A stretch of 64,000 nucleotides of DNA from a virus, in the IMG/VR virus record IMGVR_UViG_3300045988_050655; one strand, written 5' to 3'. Of this stretch, positions 8,285-15,582 are shown piece by piece (within the stretch, counting starts at the first letter, position 1; every line of letters begins with the position of its first letter). The translations under genes and the position numbers were made by a program. Below the pieces are notes generated by a model. That model searched no databases. It was not told the DNA's origin and saw only the letters and a list, made by a program, of their open reading frames with translations.

Positions 8285-8851
8285 TGTTTCCTATTTAATT
8301 AACCTGAGCGGTCGCTACCGCATCGCAAATGTAATCTGTATGGTAAATTTTAATATGTCAATATTTGCAATTTCCTTTAGAAAAGGAGGGGCAGTAAAAT
8401 GAATATGATTAAAACTGCCACCTCCGTGGAGCGACATCTATACAATCTTGCCGGATGCTGAATCGCTCCTTGGTTCCCTTCTGCATTTGTGGAGGCTTAG
8501 GACTCCCAGCACTGGTAATCGCACATATTGTGATATATTTAAATTTTTACGAACAACGAACCTATTTACTAAACTGGAACAAAAGAAAGTATTCGTGCTG
8601 GCTGCATTAGAACCGATTTGTAGTTGTGCGCTTCTACCTTTCTGCTACCTTATCTTTAAGGGTCACGGCATGAGGTCTGCATCTTCACAAGTGAACTCCA
8701 AGCGTTCCATATTCCACCCAGTGGGTGTATGTATTAGCTTGCCACTTCCACGTCTAAGCATCATCTGTGGTTAATGATGCTCCTTTTGGGTACGTGTACC
8801 TCTCTAGGAAGGTTTATCCTATCCGATACAAAGCCTTGGAATCGGGCTATA
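8285..8851 (-). other. ORF-poor, hairpin-rich non-coding region (candidate structured RNA)
   Basis: No convincing ORF on the operon strand. Hairpins at 8308-8321, 8385-8425 and 8757-8781. Sits between the tRNA and the early operon. Confidence 0.3.
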
Positions 8852-8929
8852 TGGGGCGCAAGGTGGGACTCGAACCCACGACCTCGAAGGGGATGAACCT
8901 TCATACTCTACCAACTGAGTTACTTGCGC
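8852..8929 (-). tRNA. tRNA with CAU anticodon (Met or Ile2-type), CCA encoded, atypical anticodon arm
   Basis: Minus strand: GCGCAAG-UA-ACUC-AGUUGGUA-GAGU-A-U-GAAGG-UUCAUCC-CCUUC-G-AGGUC-GUGGG-UUCGAGU-CCCAC-CUUGCGC-C-CCA. Acceptor, D and T arms are canonical (U8, A14, G18G19, TUCGA). Confidence 0.8.
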
Positions 8930-9151
8930 TGGCTAATCAACAATTTAACTAACTTAAAAACATGAGTAAAAAATGACTATATTTACCACTTGTGGAGACT
9001 GGGAGTAGCAAACTCCAAAAAACCTCTGCTGCACCGAACGGACTTTCGCCCTCTAAAAAACATGGAAGACAACATAACTTAATTAATTGATTATTAATAA
9101 TTTAAATTCAACATTTCATATTGAGGTTCAATCTCCATATATCCTATGGCT

Positions 9152-9244
9152 CTACTCGCTCACTTCCTTGAAGTAGGAGCGGATTTCCTTTATGGCGAAA
9201 AGGAATGTGACAACTGATGCCACGAACATTACATCTGCTAACAT
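9152..9244 (-). CDS. 30-aa hydrophobic mini-ORF
   Basis: MLADVMFVASVVTFLFAIKEIRSYFKEVSE. Starts 13 nt after the stop of the HTH gene. Confidence 0.25.
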   Translation of the reverse strand: MLADVMFVASVVTFLFAIKEIRSYFKEVSE

Positions 9245-9256
9245 AATCTTATCTGT

Positions 9257-9538
9257 TTAATGGGTTACACAATAGGCTGCTGCCTCTGATTCTATCTCTG
9301 CCATGCTCTTGCTGCGGTTCTGCATCATCCAGTCTTCCAACTCGCTCTTCTTGAAGTAGAGTAGGTTGATATTCGGCTTGTAGCAGGGGAGTATGTGCTT
9401 TCTGACGTTTTCCCTTACTCCTCGAACCGTCATGCCTAGTATGATTGCAGCTTCCTTAATGTTGAGCACATTCTTTGCTGCTATCAGCGAATACTGCTCG
9501 ATGCGGTCTAGCTGCTCCTTTATCTCTGGGTCTATCAT
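9257..9538 (-). CDS. excisionase-family helix-turn-helix protein (HTH_17-like)
   Basis: LNIKEAAIILGMTVRGVRENVRKHILPCYKPNINLLYFKKSELEDWMMQN. ATG 9538 follows the upstream stop at 9540. The track start 9598 would overlap it by 59 nt. Confidence 0.7.
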   Translation of the reverse strand: MIDPEIKEQLDRIEQYSLIAAKNVLNIKEAAIILGMTVRGVRENVRKHILPCYKPNINLLYFKKSELEDWMMQNRSKSMAEIESEAAAYCVTH

Positions 9539-9539
9539 A

Positions 9540-10433
9540 TCAGTCGAATTTGATGGTTTGTTGACTGGCACTAGCTGCGTTGGATGGCTCTGTTCCACTA
9601 GTGCCCTTATCGCTGGGAGTGTTCTCCTGCTCTATTAAGGGGAGAATGCCCTTCGCTTTGAGTGATTCATAAAGGAAGATTCTTCCCTTGGTTGTCCACT
9701 CTGTGTTGTACTTCACATCGTGCTGACCATCCTTGCGGATGATGTCAACTGCTCGGCTATGTACGTAACCTCCTTTGAGGAACTGTCCGTACAATATCCA
9801 CTGACCTCGAACCTTATGCTGAATCCTCATAGATTCCAGTTCCTTGTTCATCCTGACTGCGCTCATTCCGTAGTCCTGAGCAATCTGCGTGATGGTCATG
9901 GTGGCGTTGCTCTGCAAGATTTTGTCGTAGTAGCTGACCTTCGGCAGCATTTCGGTAATCTTGTTGCCCAGTTCCATATTCTCCTTGCTGATAGTGAGGA
10001 TGGTTGCTTGCTGCTGCTTGTTCTCCAAGGCTAGCTGCTGTTTCTCCTCCTCGCTCTTGACTAGAGATTTGAGGGCTTCGAGATAGTTCTGAGGGACGGA
10101 TGGCTTGGATTGCTCAATCTGTCTCTTCATAGCGTTGAAGGCTTCGATGTATTTCAGTTTGAACTCCATCGCCTTCTTGCCATTGAATCCCATCGCCAGC
10201 AGAGTGAAACCATCTTGGTTCATGATGAACATTGGATAACTCTGTTTGTTCTGCTCATTGATGTAGGTCGTTTCCTCAAACATCGGGGTCTCGTCATTTT
10301 TAACGATACCCCCTTGAAGTATCTTCCTTATCGCTTTGAGAACATTATCATGAGGTTTCTCAAAGACCTCAGCAACCAGTTTGCTATTTGTTAGAGGTTG
10401 GTTGCTTTCACCTCTGTAAACGATTTCATTCAT
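9540..10433 (-). CDS. Rha-family phage regulatory protein / antirepressor with KilAC-type C-terminal domain
   Basis: N-terminus LTNSKLVAEVFEKPHDNVLKAIRKIL (Phage_pRha). C-terminus ITQIAQDYGMSAVRMNKELESMRIQHKVRGQWILY (KilAC/ANT-C). Confidence 0.75.
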   Translation of the reverse strand: MNEIVYRGESNQPLTNSKLVAEVFEKPHDNVLKAIRKILQGGIVKNDETPMFEETTYINEQNKQSYPMFIMNQDGFTLLAMGFNGKKAMEFKLKYIEAFNAMKRQIEQSKPSVPQNYLEALKSLVKSEEEKQQLALENKQQQATILTISKENMELGNKITEMLPKVSYYDKILQSNATMTITQIAQDYGMSAVRMNKELESMRIQHKVRGQWILYGQFLKGGYVHSRAVDIIRKDGQHDVKYNTEWTTKGRIFLYESLKAKGILPLIEQENTPSDKGTSGTEPSNAASASQQTIKFD

Positions 10434-10466
10434 AGGATTCCTCCATTTTTAAAATCGGGCGGTAGT

Positions 10467-10602
10467 GTATGAAACAGAAAGTGACAAATTTTCATTTTAT
10501 ACATTATTAAATCTACCGTTGCCCGATTGTAGTTTTTATTTTGTACCTTTGCAGGTGACAAATTTTTATTTTAACTTAATTCAATTTCGTATGAAACAGA
10601 AA
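10467..10602. repeat. paired direct repeats in a divergent control region
   Basis: gtatgaaacagaaa at 10467-10480 and 10589-10602. gtgacaaatttt[c/t]atttta at 10481-10499 and 10555-10573. Confidence 0.85.
10544..10551 (+). promoter_or_regulatory. Bacteroidota -7 promoter box (TACCTTTG)
   Basis: Matches TAnnTTTG. Lies immediately upstream of the second 19-bp repeat and 40 nt before ATG 10591. Confidence 0.45.
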
Positions 10603-10806
10603 ATCGTACATCTACATTCTAAAGTAAACGAGAACGGTGCTCTCGTAGATTTTGACCTTGATGAAGAAATCAAGAAGTTGGAAAGAGACAACTATGTTGT
10701 TAAGCAAATCACTTCATCTTCTTCATGTCAGTATTATCCAAACAAGTCAACAGAAACATTTGTTCATGTTTTCTTACTTGTGGAAAATAACCTCGAAGCT
10801 CTTTAG
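10591..10806 (+). CDS. hypothetical small protein (71 aa)
   Basis: ATG 10591 lies in frame within track ORF 10465-10806. MKQKIVHLHSKVNENGALVDFDLDEEIKKLERDNY... Confidence 0.45.
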   Translation: MKQKIVHLHSKVNENGALVDFDLDEEIKKLERDNYVVKQITSSSSCQYYPNKSTETFVHVFLLVENNLEAL

Positions 10807-10986
10807 TTTCTCGATTTCTACAGCTTTGTTGTGTTTGTAATACATACACAAATTAATTCTGTAGTTCCACTCTATTATTGGCGAGTTATATACCCAGTTG
10901 AAACATTCTTCAAAGTTGGTACATGATTCGCCAAGAATATAGAACATCTTTATCCTCAGCCATGTTCTGAATAATCTCTTAATCAT
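10774..10986 (-). CDS. hypothetical protein (70 aa)
   Basis: ATG 10986 lies behind ggaggtg and just after the cro-like stop (11000). Confidence 0.4.
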   Translation of the reverse strand: MIKRLFRTWLRIKMFYILGESCTNFEECFNWVYNSPIIEWNYRINLCMYYKHNKAVEIEKLKSFEVIFHK

Positions 10987-10999
10987 ATTCACCTCCTTC

Positions 11000-11197
11000 C
11001 TAGTAGAACACGACCTTATCGGTCTCAACCCCTCCGAACTCATTCAAAGCAGCCTGCCTGATGTCTTCGGATTGCTTGCTCTGACTTCTAAAACCTAGAG
11101 CGTTGTAGATTGTTTCCCTTCGGCAACCATACCGCTCAGCAAGTTTTTTTCGTCCTTCAAGCGAAACTTTGATAATTTTTATCTTTTTTACTTGCAT
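11000..11197 (-). CDS. small Cro-like DNA-binding protein
   Basis: 65 aa. RKKLAERYGCRRETIYNALGF looks like an HTH. Divergent from the cI-like gene. Confidence 0.45.
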   Translation of the reverse strand: MQVKKIKIIKVSLEGRKKLAERYGCRRETIYNALGFRSQSKQSEDIRQAALNEFGGVETDKVVFY

Positions 11198-11257
11198 AAC
11201 TTAATTTTTATTTGTATTTTTGCTTTTAAATATATAGCAACTTGTTGTTTACGGTTG

Positions 11258-11265
11258 CAAAGGTA
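11258..11265 (-). promoter_or_regulatory. Bacteroidota -7 box (TACCTTTG on minus strand) for the leftward cro-like transcript
   Basis: Plus strand reads caaaggta. About 60 nt upstream of ATG 11197. Confidence 0.4.
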
Positions 11266-11272
11266 TGCAAAT

Positions 11273-11292
11273 ATGTTTAGATCACCAAACAT
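11273..11292. promoter_or_regulatory. candidate operator palindrome ATGTTT-N8-AAACAT
   Basis: atgtttagatcaccaaacat, between the divergent cro-like and cI-like genes. An extra half-site atgttta lies at 11317-11323. Confidence 0.4.
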
Positions 11293-11352
11293 TTCTGCAT
11301 ATTTCTTTAGTCAGTTATGTTTATTTAAGTATAGTTTAAAAATGTAAAATGT

Positions 11353-11739
11353 ATGGAAAGTCTTGTAGCACAGAGAATTAAGTCTGTTTTAGAATCTAAA
11401 CAGATTAGTATAGCTGCATTTTCAAAAATGATTGGAATGCAGCAAGTAACTTGTAATCGCCAAATTCGTGGCGACCAAGCAGTATCACTTGGACTCATTG
11501 AAGGTTTCCTGAAAGAGTTTGATGAGATTTCAGCCGAGTGGCTTCTTCGTGGTAAGGGAAATCAGGAGAATGAGGAACCGTCGTTCTTGGTTGCAGAACC
11601 AACACCTGGGTATCATGAAGACAGAAACGACTTATTAAGCGATTCCGTCTGGAAGGCGAAGTACGAAGAGTTGGAGAAACGCTACGACCAGCTACTATCT
11701 ATCTTGGGCGGTGGCATGAGACAAGCGAATGTAGGTTAA
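11353..11739 (+). CDS. XRE/cI-like HTH transcriptional repressor
   Basis: ISIAAFSKMIGMQQVTCNRQIRG....ISAEWLLRGKGNQ is the typical Bacteroidota phage repressor HTH plus the 'WLL.G.G' tail. Confidence 0.7.
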   Translation: MESLVAQRIKSVLESKQISIAAFSKMIGMQQVTCNRQIRGDQAVSLGLIEGFLKEFDEISAEWLLRGKGNQENEEPSFLVAEPTPGYHEDRNDLLSDSVWKAKYEELEKRYDQLLSILGGGMRQANVG

Positions 11740-11744
11740 TATGA

Positions 11745-12173
11745 ATGTTTAATTATAAAAATGTGGTAGATATGAAACTGATTATAACAAATTTATACAC
11801 GTTGTTAGTTCTAGTGGTATGTGATGCGATAGTCCTCTTGTCTGTGAAGTGGGCTATTACCATTGATGTTGTTTATATAGTGTTGTTAATGATTGGAACA
11901 TTGCCATTTATGGTGGTGTCGACCTTATTTGATAAGTCGATAACGTTCTTCCCTTATTATTTCATCAGATTGAGACAGGTTGATGTTTATAGTTCCTTTT
12001 TCCTATATATGCTTGGCTTTGCTTTTGGAACGTTCTATTTGTGGCATACGTTTTGGCAGCATGATGGTCATTGGATATTAGGATGTATCTTTGGTACAAT
12101 ACTGAACTGGATATTGGTGGCAATGAAAGGAAATGATTTAGTGTTGGTTCATAAAAGAATGGGGGTAATGTAA
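11745..12173 (+). CDS. multi-pass membrane protein, unknown function
   Basis: 142 aa with about 4 hydrophobic helices. Confidence 0.5.
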   Translation: MFNYKNVVDMKLIITNLYTLLVLVVCDAIVLLSVKWAITIDVVYIVLLMIGTLPFMVVSTLFDKSITFFPYYFIRLRQVDVYSSFFLYMLGFAFGTFYLWHTFWQHDGHWILGCIFGTILNWILVAMKGNDLVLVHKRMGVM

Positions 12174-12616
12174 TGGAAGTCTTTATTGGTATCATGTTGC
12201 TTTTAGCAATTATTGCTGTAATATTTGTACAGAGAATAATAAGCGTGAATCGTGAGTTGAGTGATAAGAAGGCAAAGGAAATGCTAGAAAGGCTGAGGAA
12301 AGATTGTTCTGAACAACATTCAATATGTGTTACTATTGATGGTTGTAAAATAATGCTAAGAGAAGATTTCATAAAGAAAGAATGGAATAAAACTGGTGAA
12401 GGTGGAATACCTGTCCGTGGTCAATATGAACCAGCAGTACATTTTCTGAAACGTATTGACGAATATCGCAAAATGAAGGCTGAGCAGAAAAGACGTTATG
12501 ATGAGGAGGTGGCACGAAAGAAACAGAGTATCTTGAGTAGATGCGCAAAGGCTCCTTTATCAAAGTCCGAGTATGAAGCTGACGAAATATTAAAGAACTA
12601 CAAAGGAGAATTGTAA
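12173..12616 (+). CDS. N-terminally anchored membrane protein, unknown function
   Basis: MEVFIGIMLLLAIIAVIFV TM helix followed by a charged coiled region. ATG overlaps the previous stop. Confidence 0.5.
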   Translation: MEVFIGIMLLLAIIAVIFVQRIISVNRELSDKKAKEMLERLRKDCSEQHSICVTIDGCKIMLREDFIKKEWNKTGEGGIPVRGQYEPAVHFLKRIDEYRKMKAEQKRRYDEEVARKKQSILSRCAKAPLSKSEYEADEILKNYKGEL

Positions 12617-12654
12617 CTTTCAGTACTTGTGTTATTAATTTAAATGTGTGAGAT

Positions 12655-13098
12655 ATGAAAAGATTATTTTTATTATTACTGACACTCTTTATGATAATTG
12701 GAGTGCAGGCACAGAGACCGAGTGTTAAGGAACAAATGGAGATTAAGCAGAATTACATGAATTTCTGTAAGGACTTGAATCAACAGTTGCCAATACAAGT
12801 GGATGATTACACAAGGTTCTATGCTGTAAGTTTCGTTAATTGGACTCTGACAGCGTATTATCAGCTTGATGTAGATTCTGATGATTTTTCAGAGAATGAA
12901 CTGATTGAACTTCATGGCGAGTTGCGTTCTGCATTCAAGGAGTCTGCTAGAAGAATGTTCGCCAGTGGCAATTATGATTTGAAACGTGATGAATGGAAAT
13001 GGTTTATGAGGGGCACAGGAATGAAGTTTAGGGCAAATTATAAAGATGCTTACGACAGACCGATGCTTAATATTACTTTAGATTATTCTGATTTCTAA
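12655..13098 (+). CDS. secreted protein (signal peptide), unknown function
   Basis: MKRLFLLLLTLFMIIGVQAQ looks like a signal peptide. Confidence 0.5.
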   Translation: MKRLFLLLLTLFMIIGVQAQRPSVKEQMEIKQNYMNFCKDLNQQLPIQVDDYTRFYAVSFVNWTLTAYYQLDVDSDDFSENELIELHGELRSAFKESARRMFASGNYDLKRDEWKWFMRGTGMKFRANYKDAYDRPMLNITLDYSDF

Positions 13099-13150
13099 TC
13101 ATATAAACTCCTCAACTAGGAAAAAATATTTTCCCAACTAGAAAAGTAAA

Positions 13151-13552
13151 ATGGCAGAAATAACTAGCGAACAGAAGTTGTATGTGCTACTGAAATATAA
13201 GAAAGAGCGGACAAAGAAGGAAGAGAAGATTCTTTCTATATTAAATGAGAAGGCAAATCTAGGCTCTGCTGATTTAGAGGAAGCGGACAAAGAATGCTGT
13301 AATCAAAAGTGGCTAAGCATAGTTCACGTAGTAGAAGAATTGGGTTATACAACAAAGTGCTCTCACAGAATAGAACTATCTGAGTCTGGTGAATCTCAGA
13401 TAGAAAAGTTCTGGAGAGAATCTAAGTATAACCCTGATAATGCGTGGAAGTCTAGAGTTGTAAAATTGTCTTCTGTAATTACGGCAATAATCTCGTTAGT
13501 ATATTTCCTAGCGTGGTTATGCCAATTAATACAAAACTCAGTAAGAAAATAA
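13151..13552 (+). CDS. C-terminally anchored protein, unknown function
   Basis: 133 aa. C-terminal TM is VVKLSSVITAIISLVYFLAWLCQLI. Confidence 0.45.
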   Translation: MAEITSEQKLYVLLKYKKERTKKEEKILSILNEKANLGSADLEEADKECCNQKWLSIVHVVEELGYTTKCSHRIELSESGESQIEKFWRESKYNPDNAWKSRVVKLSSVITAIISLVYFLAWLCQLIQNSVRK

Positions 13553-13679
13553 TGATGTTCAATAATATCTTTATGTATCTTATGTCTTCTTTCATAAGCC
13601 AATAATTTAAAAGTTTATGTGGCAAAGTTACGGCTTTCTCCTGAGAATCAGGCACAAATTACATAGTTTAACTTTTAAT

Positions 13680-13719
13680 CTCTGCAAAGTTTGCAGCAAA
13701 CGTTGCAAACCTTGCAGAG
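13680..13719. terminator. 40-bp imperfect palindrome between convergent genes (bidirectional terminator candidate)
   Basis: ctctgcaaag-tttgcagcaaacgttgcaaa-ccttgcagag. The outer 10-mers are 9/10 complementary and the inner part is also self-complementary. Confidence 0.45.
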
Positions 13720-13729
13720 ACTAAGAGTT

Positions 13730-13762
13730 GGTATGGAGAGGGTACGGAGCGGGTACGGAGAG
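13730..13762. repeat. 11-bp direct repeat x3
   Basis: ggtatggagag / ggtacggagcg / ggtacggagag, ending 3 nt before the integrase stop codon (13766). Confidence 0.8.
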
Positions 13763-13765
13763 GGT

Positions 13766-14929
13766 CTAGTTCTTGTCGAAGAACTTATCAATGAGTCCCA
13801 TTGCATCATTCTTTTTCTTGTCTATAATCTTGGCATAAATCTCGGTGGTGGCGATTCTTGTATGCCCCATCAACTTGCTGGTAGTGTAGATGTCTGCACC
13901 CAGTGTAAGCATCATGGTTCCAAAGGTATGCCTTGCAGTATGAAAGGTGATGTCCTTCTTGATGCCAGCGTTGGCTGCCCATACCTTGATATGAGTGAGA
14001 ACCGTCTGTTCGCATCCCATACCATTGAAGATGAACTCGTTTCCGTCCTGCTCAGGCAACCATTCTATAGCCTTGCCTGACAGATTGTAGGAAACCATCT
14101 TGTTGGTCTTCTTCTGTATGATAGAAAGATGCCATGACTTGGTTCCGTCCTCGTTGGTCACTTCCCTGATGTCCGACCATTTCAGTCTCCTGATGTCCGA
14201 GATACGCAAACCGCAAAAGCAGGAGAACATAAATGCCTGCTTGATAACTGGAACCTTGCATTCTGTTTCTGCCAGTTTCTTCACCTCCTCAATATCCAAG
14301 AAAACCCTACTTGTTTCAGGTTTCTTTGGCTTCTCTCGCTTATCCACCTCGCTGAATGGATTCTTGTATATCATTCCACTTTTCACGGCTCTGCTGAGCA
14401 TTTCATTGAGGTGGTTGCAATACATAATCTTGGTGTAGCTGGAAAGCGGCTCTCCATTGCTCTTCTTGGTGTTGTTCAGGAACTCAATGAATCCCACACA
14501 ATACTTCTTGTCAATGCTAGATAGCTTGATGTTATCTCCCTTGTAGGCGATGAGTTGCTTTCGGGTGCATTCTATCTGTGCTGCGATGCGGCTTGGAGAC
14601 TGCGATGTCTTCATCTTGTAGGTCTTGAAGTTGTCTATCCAGTCCATGAGCTTCATCTTGCTCTTGACGGATATGATACCCGAAATGCTATTCTTGATGT
14701 CCAGTACTCTCTGAGCCTTGATAACATTGGCGGTAACCATAGTTTCAGCATTCTTTCTTCTTGCCTCTGCCTTACCTCTACCCACTTCTGGTACGATGTA
14801 GAGTTTCAGGAACTCATAGGTTCTCTTGCCGTCCTTGTAGATGTCCAGATAGACACTCTTGTTTCCGTTGGCAAGTTCCTTGAATCTGATAGTGACAGGT
14901 TCTTTTTCGATTGTTTTCTTCCTTCCCAT
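13766..14929 (-). CDS. int: tyrosine recombinase / phage integrase
   Basis: FCGLRISDIRRLKW (Arg box) and FHTARHTFGTMMLTLGADIYTTSKLMGHTRIATTEIYAKI (H-x-x-R ... H ... Y). The N-terminus VTIRFKELANGNKSVYLDIYKDGKRTYEFLKLY is the Bacteroidota arm-binding type. ATG 14929 was chosen over the track start 15019. Confidence 0.9.
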   Translation of the reverse strand: MGRKKTIEKEPVTIRFKELANGNKSVYLDIYKDGKRTYEFLKLYIVPEVGRGKAEARRKNAETMVTANVIKAQRVLDIKNSISGIISVKSKMKLMDWIDNFKTYKMKTSQSPSRIAAQIECTRKQLIAYKGDNIKLSSIDKKYCVGFIEFLNNTKKSNGEPLSSYTKIMYCNHLNEMLSRAVKSGMIYKNPFSEVDKREKPKKPETSRVFLDIEEVKKLAETECKVPVIKQAFMFSCFCGLRISDIRRLKWSDIREVTNEDGTKSWHLSIIQKKTNKMVSYNLSGKAIEWLPEQDGNEFIFNGMGCEQTVLTHIKVWAANAGIKKDITFHTARHTFGTMMLTLGADIYTTSKLMGHTRIATTEIYAKIIDKKKNDAMGLIDKFFDKN

Positions 14930-14954
14930 AAGCCTTTCTTTTATAAATCTGCTG

Positions 14955-14962
14955 CAAAGATA
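14955..14962 (-). promoter_or_regulatory. Bacteroidota -7 box (TATCTTTG on minus strand) for int
   Basis: Plus strand reads caaagata. 26 nt upstream of ATG 14929. Confidence 0.5.
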
Positions 14963-14992
14963 AGCATTTTTTTTGTTACTCGCAAGTTTTGG

Positions 14993-15256
14993 GTAACAAA
15001 ATAGTAACAAAACTAACACGTATCAAATGTATAGGTAATGTATATCAAGCTTTCGGATAATTAATTTTTCAAAAAGGTAAAGCGTTGATAACTAAAAGTT
15101 TAGATATACATTTGATATACATTAGGTAACAGATAGCTTAAAGTGGGCTATCTACTATCTTTATTATTCCAATATGATTTATTTCACTAGTTAAACATCT
15201 GATTTATAGATAGTTATGAATTTCTTTGTTTTTAGTGAGTAACAAAATAGCAACAA
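14993..15256. repeat. 18-bp direct repeat pair gtaacaaaatag[t/c]aacaa
   Basis: Copies at 14993-15010 and 15239-15256 (17/18 identical). An inverted half-copy ttgttac lies at 14973-14979. Confidence 0.8.
15021..15124. repeat. four copies of the 8-mer TATACATT, two inverted plus two direct, each pair 11 bp apart
   Basis: aatgtata at 15026-15033 and 15037-15044. tatacatt at 15105-15112 and 15116-15123. The 13-bp tatcaaatgtata (15021-15033) is perfectly inverted at 15105-15117. Confidence 0.85.
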
Positions 15257-15460
15257 TGAAGTGTTAATCTTTGCAAAGTAACTAGCTTGCCCACAACAAA
15301 GATACGAATTAAATCTTATTCACAATTAGTTTTCAAAAAGGCTTTAACTTAGATTAACATTGTGTCGTTTCGTATATCTGATGTATACCCATTTCCCTAA
15401 AAATCCAATTTCCTTTACATTCAACACTTTTTAGCATTTGGCGGTTCCAAAAATTGTTTC

Positions 15461-15468
15461 TATCTTTG
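15461..15468 (+). promoter_or_regulatory. Bacteroidota -7 box (TATCTTTG)
   Basis: Exact TAnnTTTG match, about 120 nt upstream of ATG 15589. Confidence 0.5.
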
Positions 15469-15535
15469 CATCGTCAATGTTGCAGATTGACAGACTAAAG
15501 TAGTCCTCCTTTCAAGGCGAAAGCCTACAAGATAT

Positions 15536-15582
15536 GAGTCCCCTAGTTCTTGCTGCAACCAAGACTTCGGGACTCTTTTTTT
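15536..15582 (+). terminator. intrinsic-terminator-like hairpin with U7 tract inside a 5' leader
   Basis: gagtccc...gggactc (7-bp outer stem with a partly paired interior) followed by ttttttt at 15576-15582. ATG 15589 follows directly. Confidence 0.5.

Noticed and set aside
8852-8929. The tRNA as a prophage-host boundary (attB/attL).
   Set aside because: Phage-type genes lie on both sides: recombination genes to the left, and excisionase-like, Rha and repressor genes to the right. The integrase is ~5 kb away with its own repeat-rich region. No host genes are visible anywhere in the window.
8448-8952. Plus-strand track ORFs 8448-8774 and 8767-8952 as real genes.
   Set aside because: They have no promoter box or plausible start context. 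One reads straight through the tRNA gene on the opposite strand. Their composition looks non-coding. I treat the region as non-coding or structured RNA instead.
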